NCBI GenBank assembly: GCA_045644145.1
Contig: JAZRGK010000025.1
Span: forward strand, 11,853 to 75,852
Direction of reading: 5' to 3'
From: Candidatus Flemingiibacterium sp.
GTDB taxonomy: Bacteria; Bacillota; Clostridia; Oscillospirales; CAG-272
DNA: 64,000 nt
This document shows positions 62,289 to 64,000 of the stretch, piece after piece (the stretch's first letter is position 1; each line of letters opens with the position of its first letter). The translations under genes and the position numbers were made by a program. The notes below the pieces were generated by a model. The model was not told the DNA's origin, made no database searches, and was given only the letters and a program-made list of their open reading frames with translations.

Positions 62289-63586
62289 TGGGCAGAGTAG
62301 AATTTACAAAAAAAATGCGCAAAGACTACACTATTCTCGTGCCCAATATGCTGTCAAATCACTTCAAGCTTCTTCTTAAGGTGTTTCAGGGACAGGGTTA
62401 CAACGTCGAACTTTTAAAAAATGAGGGAAGATCTGTCATTGAAGCCGGACTTAAATATGTGCACAACGACACCTGTTATCCTGCGCTCCTTGTTATCGGG
62501 CAGATGATAGATGCCCTGCAGAGTGGGAAATACGACACTCATAAGGTTGCACTTATCATAACCCAGACCGGCGGCGGATGCAGAGCATCTAACTATATCC
62601 ATCTTTTGAGAAAAGCGCTTAAGAAAGCCAGTCTTGACTATGTTCCCGTTATTTCTTTGAATCTCTCGGGACTTGAAAGAAACAGCGGTTTCTCACTTAC
62701 GCTCGGTTTCCTGCGCCGTCTTATAGCGGCTATGGCCTACGGCGATCTTCTCATGCTGTTATCGAATCAGGTGCGCCCTTACGAGATCACTAAGGGAGAT
62801 GCGGACAGGCTGGTTGACAAATGGGCAGGTAAGCTTGTTTCCGACTTTGGAAGCGGAAAAGCTTTCGCAAAAAAGGCAATGCGCTCCTATATGGAACGTA
62901 TTACCGCGGATTTTGCCGCCATTCCAACCGATCGCACAAGAAAATGCGTAAAGGTAGGCATCGTTGGCGAGATTTATGTGAAATTCTCATCACTTGCCAA
63001 TAATCACCTTGAGGAGTTTTTAGCATCCGAAGGATGCGAGGTCAACGTGCCCGGACTTATGAGCTTTATTCTCTTTAAGGTGGATAACCGAATGGAAGAC
63101 ATCAAGCTCTACGGCGGAAGTAAGTTAAAATTTGCGGTCTGCAAAAAGCTTTTTGATTATCTTGCGGAAATCGAGCAGATCGAGATCGAATCCGTGAAGA
63201 AAAACAGCGCCTTTAATCCCTCCACTGCTTATTCACATCTGCGCGAGCTTATTTACGGCATCGAAGGATACGGATGCAAAATGGGTGAAGGCTGGCTGCT
63301 CACCGCAGAAATGCTTGAGCTTATTGAAGGCGGTTACAGCAATATTGTGTGCGCCCAGCCCTTCGGATGCCTGCCCAATCATATTGTCGGCAAGGGAATG
63401 ATACGCAGACTTCGCGAGCTTCATCCCGATTCCAATATTGTGCCAATTGACTACGATCCCGGCGCAACCCGTGTAAATCAGGAAAACCGCATAAGGCTTA
63501 TGCTTTCCGTTGCCCGCGAACAGATGGACGTTGGTAACGCAAAAATCTGCACACATGAATCGGATAAAGAGCCGGCTCTTGTATGA
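62288..63586 (+). CDS. 2-hydroxyacyl-CoA dehydratase / double-cubane-cluster-protein-like subunit, substrate unknown
   Basis: 432 aa. The start overlaps the upstream stop (TAATG). Conserved-looking Cys motifs are HNDTCYP, TGGGCRASNY and CAQPFGCLPNH. Confidence 0.75.
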   Translation: MGRVEFTKKMRKDYTILVPNMLSNHFKLLLKVFQGQGYNVELLKNEGRSVIEAGLKYVHNDTCYPALLVIGQMIDALQSGKYDTHKVALIITQTGGGCRASNYIHLLRKALKKASLDYVPVISLNLSGLERNSGFSLTLGFLRRLIAAMAYGDLLMLLSNQVRPYEITKGDADRLVDKWAGKLVSDFGSGKAFAKKAMRSYMERITADFAAIPTDRTRKCVKVGIVGEIYVKFSSLANNHLEEFLASEGCEVNVPGLMSFILFKVDNRMEDIKLYGGSKLKFAVCKKLFDYLAEIEQIEIESVKKNSAFNPSTAYSHLRELIYGIEGYGCKMGEGWLLTAEMLELIEGGYSNIVCAQPFGCLPNHIVGKGMIRRLRELHPDSNIVPIDYDPGATRVNQENRIRLMLSVAREQMDVGNAKICTHESDKEPALV

Positions 63587-64000
63587 TAAAAATAACCATT
63601 CCGGAATATGTACGTCGGGTAATGGCAGAAATATCCGCTCTGAAAACAACCTTAGATGGAGAGCTTCGCAGAGGTGAGGTGTATGCGGTTGGCGGATGCG
63701 TGCGCGATGCGTTACTTGGCAAAACACCAAACGATTGGGACGTTACAACAAATCTCCCGGCGGAAACGGTGCTTGAACACTTCACCTCTGTTGACGGCTT
63801 CAGTGCATATCCCACGGGATTACAGCACGGTACGGTTACAGTTGTAAAAGACAGCATGCCCGTCGAGGTTACTACTTTCCGAACGGAGTCGGCGTATGCG
63901 GACCACAGACATCCTACGGTCGTATCCTTTGTGCACAACCTTGGTGAAGATCTGAAGCGCCGCGATTTTACGGTAAACGCCATGGCATACTCGGATAACC
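63583..64000 (+). CDS. cca: CCA-adding tRNA nucleotidyltransferase / poly(A) polymerase family (5' part; continues past right edge)
   Basis: The ATG at 63583 overlaps the upstream stop (ATGA). My hand translation MIKITIPEYV...VYAVGGCVRDALLGKTPNDWDVTT...RRDFTVNAMAYSDN shows the head-domain motifs. It is not in the ORF track because it is edge-truncated. Confidence 0.9.
   Translation, partial: MIKITIPEYVRRVMAEISALKTTLDGELRRGEVYAVGGCVRDALLGKTPNDWDVTTNLPAETVLEHFTSVDGFSAYPTGLQHGTVTVVKDSMPVEVTTFRTESAYADHRHPTVVSFVHNLGEDLKRRDFTVNAMAYSDN

Overview
This window is a chromosomal, mostly housekeeping segment of a Firmicutes/Clostridia-type genome. It carries the classic low-GC Gram-positive gene arrangements: dprA-topA-trmFO, rnc-(radical SAM)-smc-ftsY, yhbY-nadD-yqeK-rsfS-leuS, SRP RNA-dnaX-ybaB-recR, yceD-rpmF and rimP-nusA-ylxR-ylxQ-infB. 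I count about 58 protein genes, 2 tRNAs (Gly-GCC, Val-UAC), an SRP RNA and an RNase P RNA. Four real genes are missing or mis-started in the ORF track. rpsU (58 aa), rpmF (59 aa) and a 59-aa ribbon-helix-helix gene fall below the size cutoff, and rpsT starts at an internal TTG. Two genes run off the edges: an ABC exporter on the left and cca on the right. Several track ORFs carry false N-terminal extensions, because 'M' in the track can stand for TTG or GTG; I moved these to starts that follow a Shine-Dalgarno sequence. Many near-consensus sigma-A promoters and hairpin terminators are readable by eye. I found no CRISPR array, transposase, integrase, prophage or recognisable defence genes. I do not see convincing evidence for a wholly new multi-gene system. 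The accessory or poorly understood parts most worth a second look are listed below.
- A fused double-activase plus HgdB/double-cubane-like partner at 59358-63586, translationally coupled to cca.
- A five-gene oxidoreductase/aldolase operon at 3169-7521 with a degenerate SDR paralogue and no transporter, regulator or dehydratase.
- A small islet after the tRNA operon at 42714-44115: an RHH gene, a mini-DprA/SLOG protein and a protein with a duplicated CxxC-x33/34-CxxH module.
- A 25-bp perfect stem enclosing the SRP RNA.
- An orphan consensus promoter in front of about 230 nt of non-coding DNA upstream of the tRNA operon.
All family assignments come from motif recognition by eye, not from database searches.
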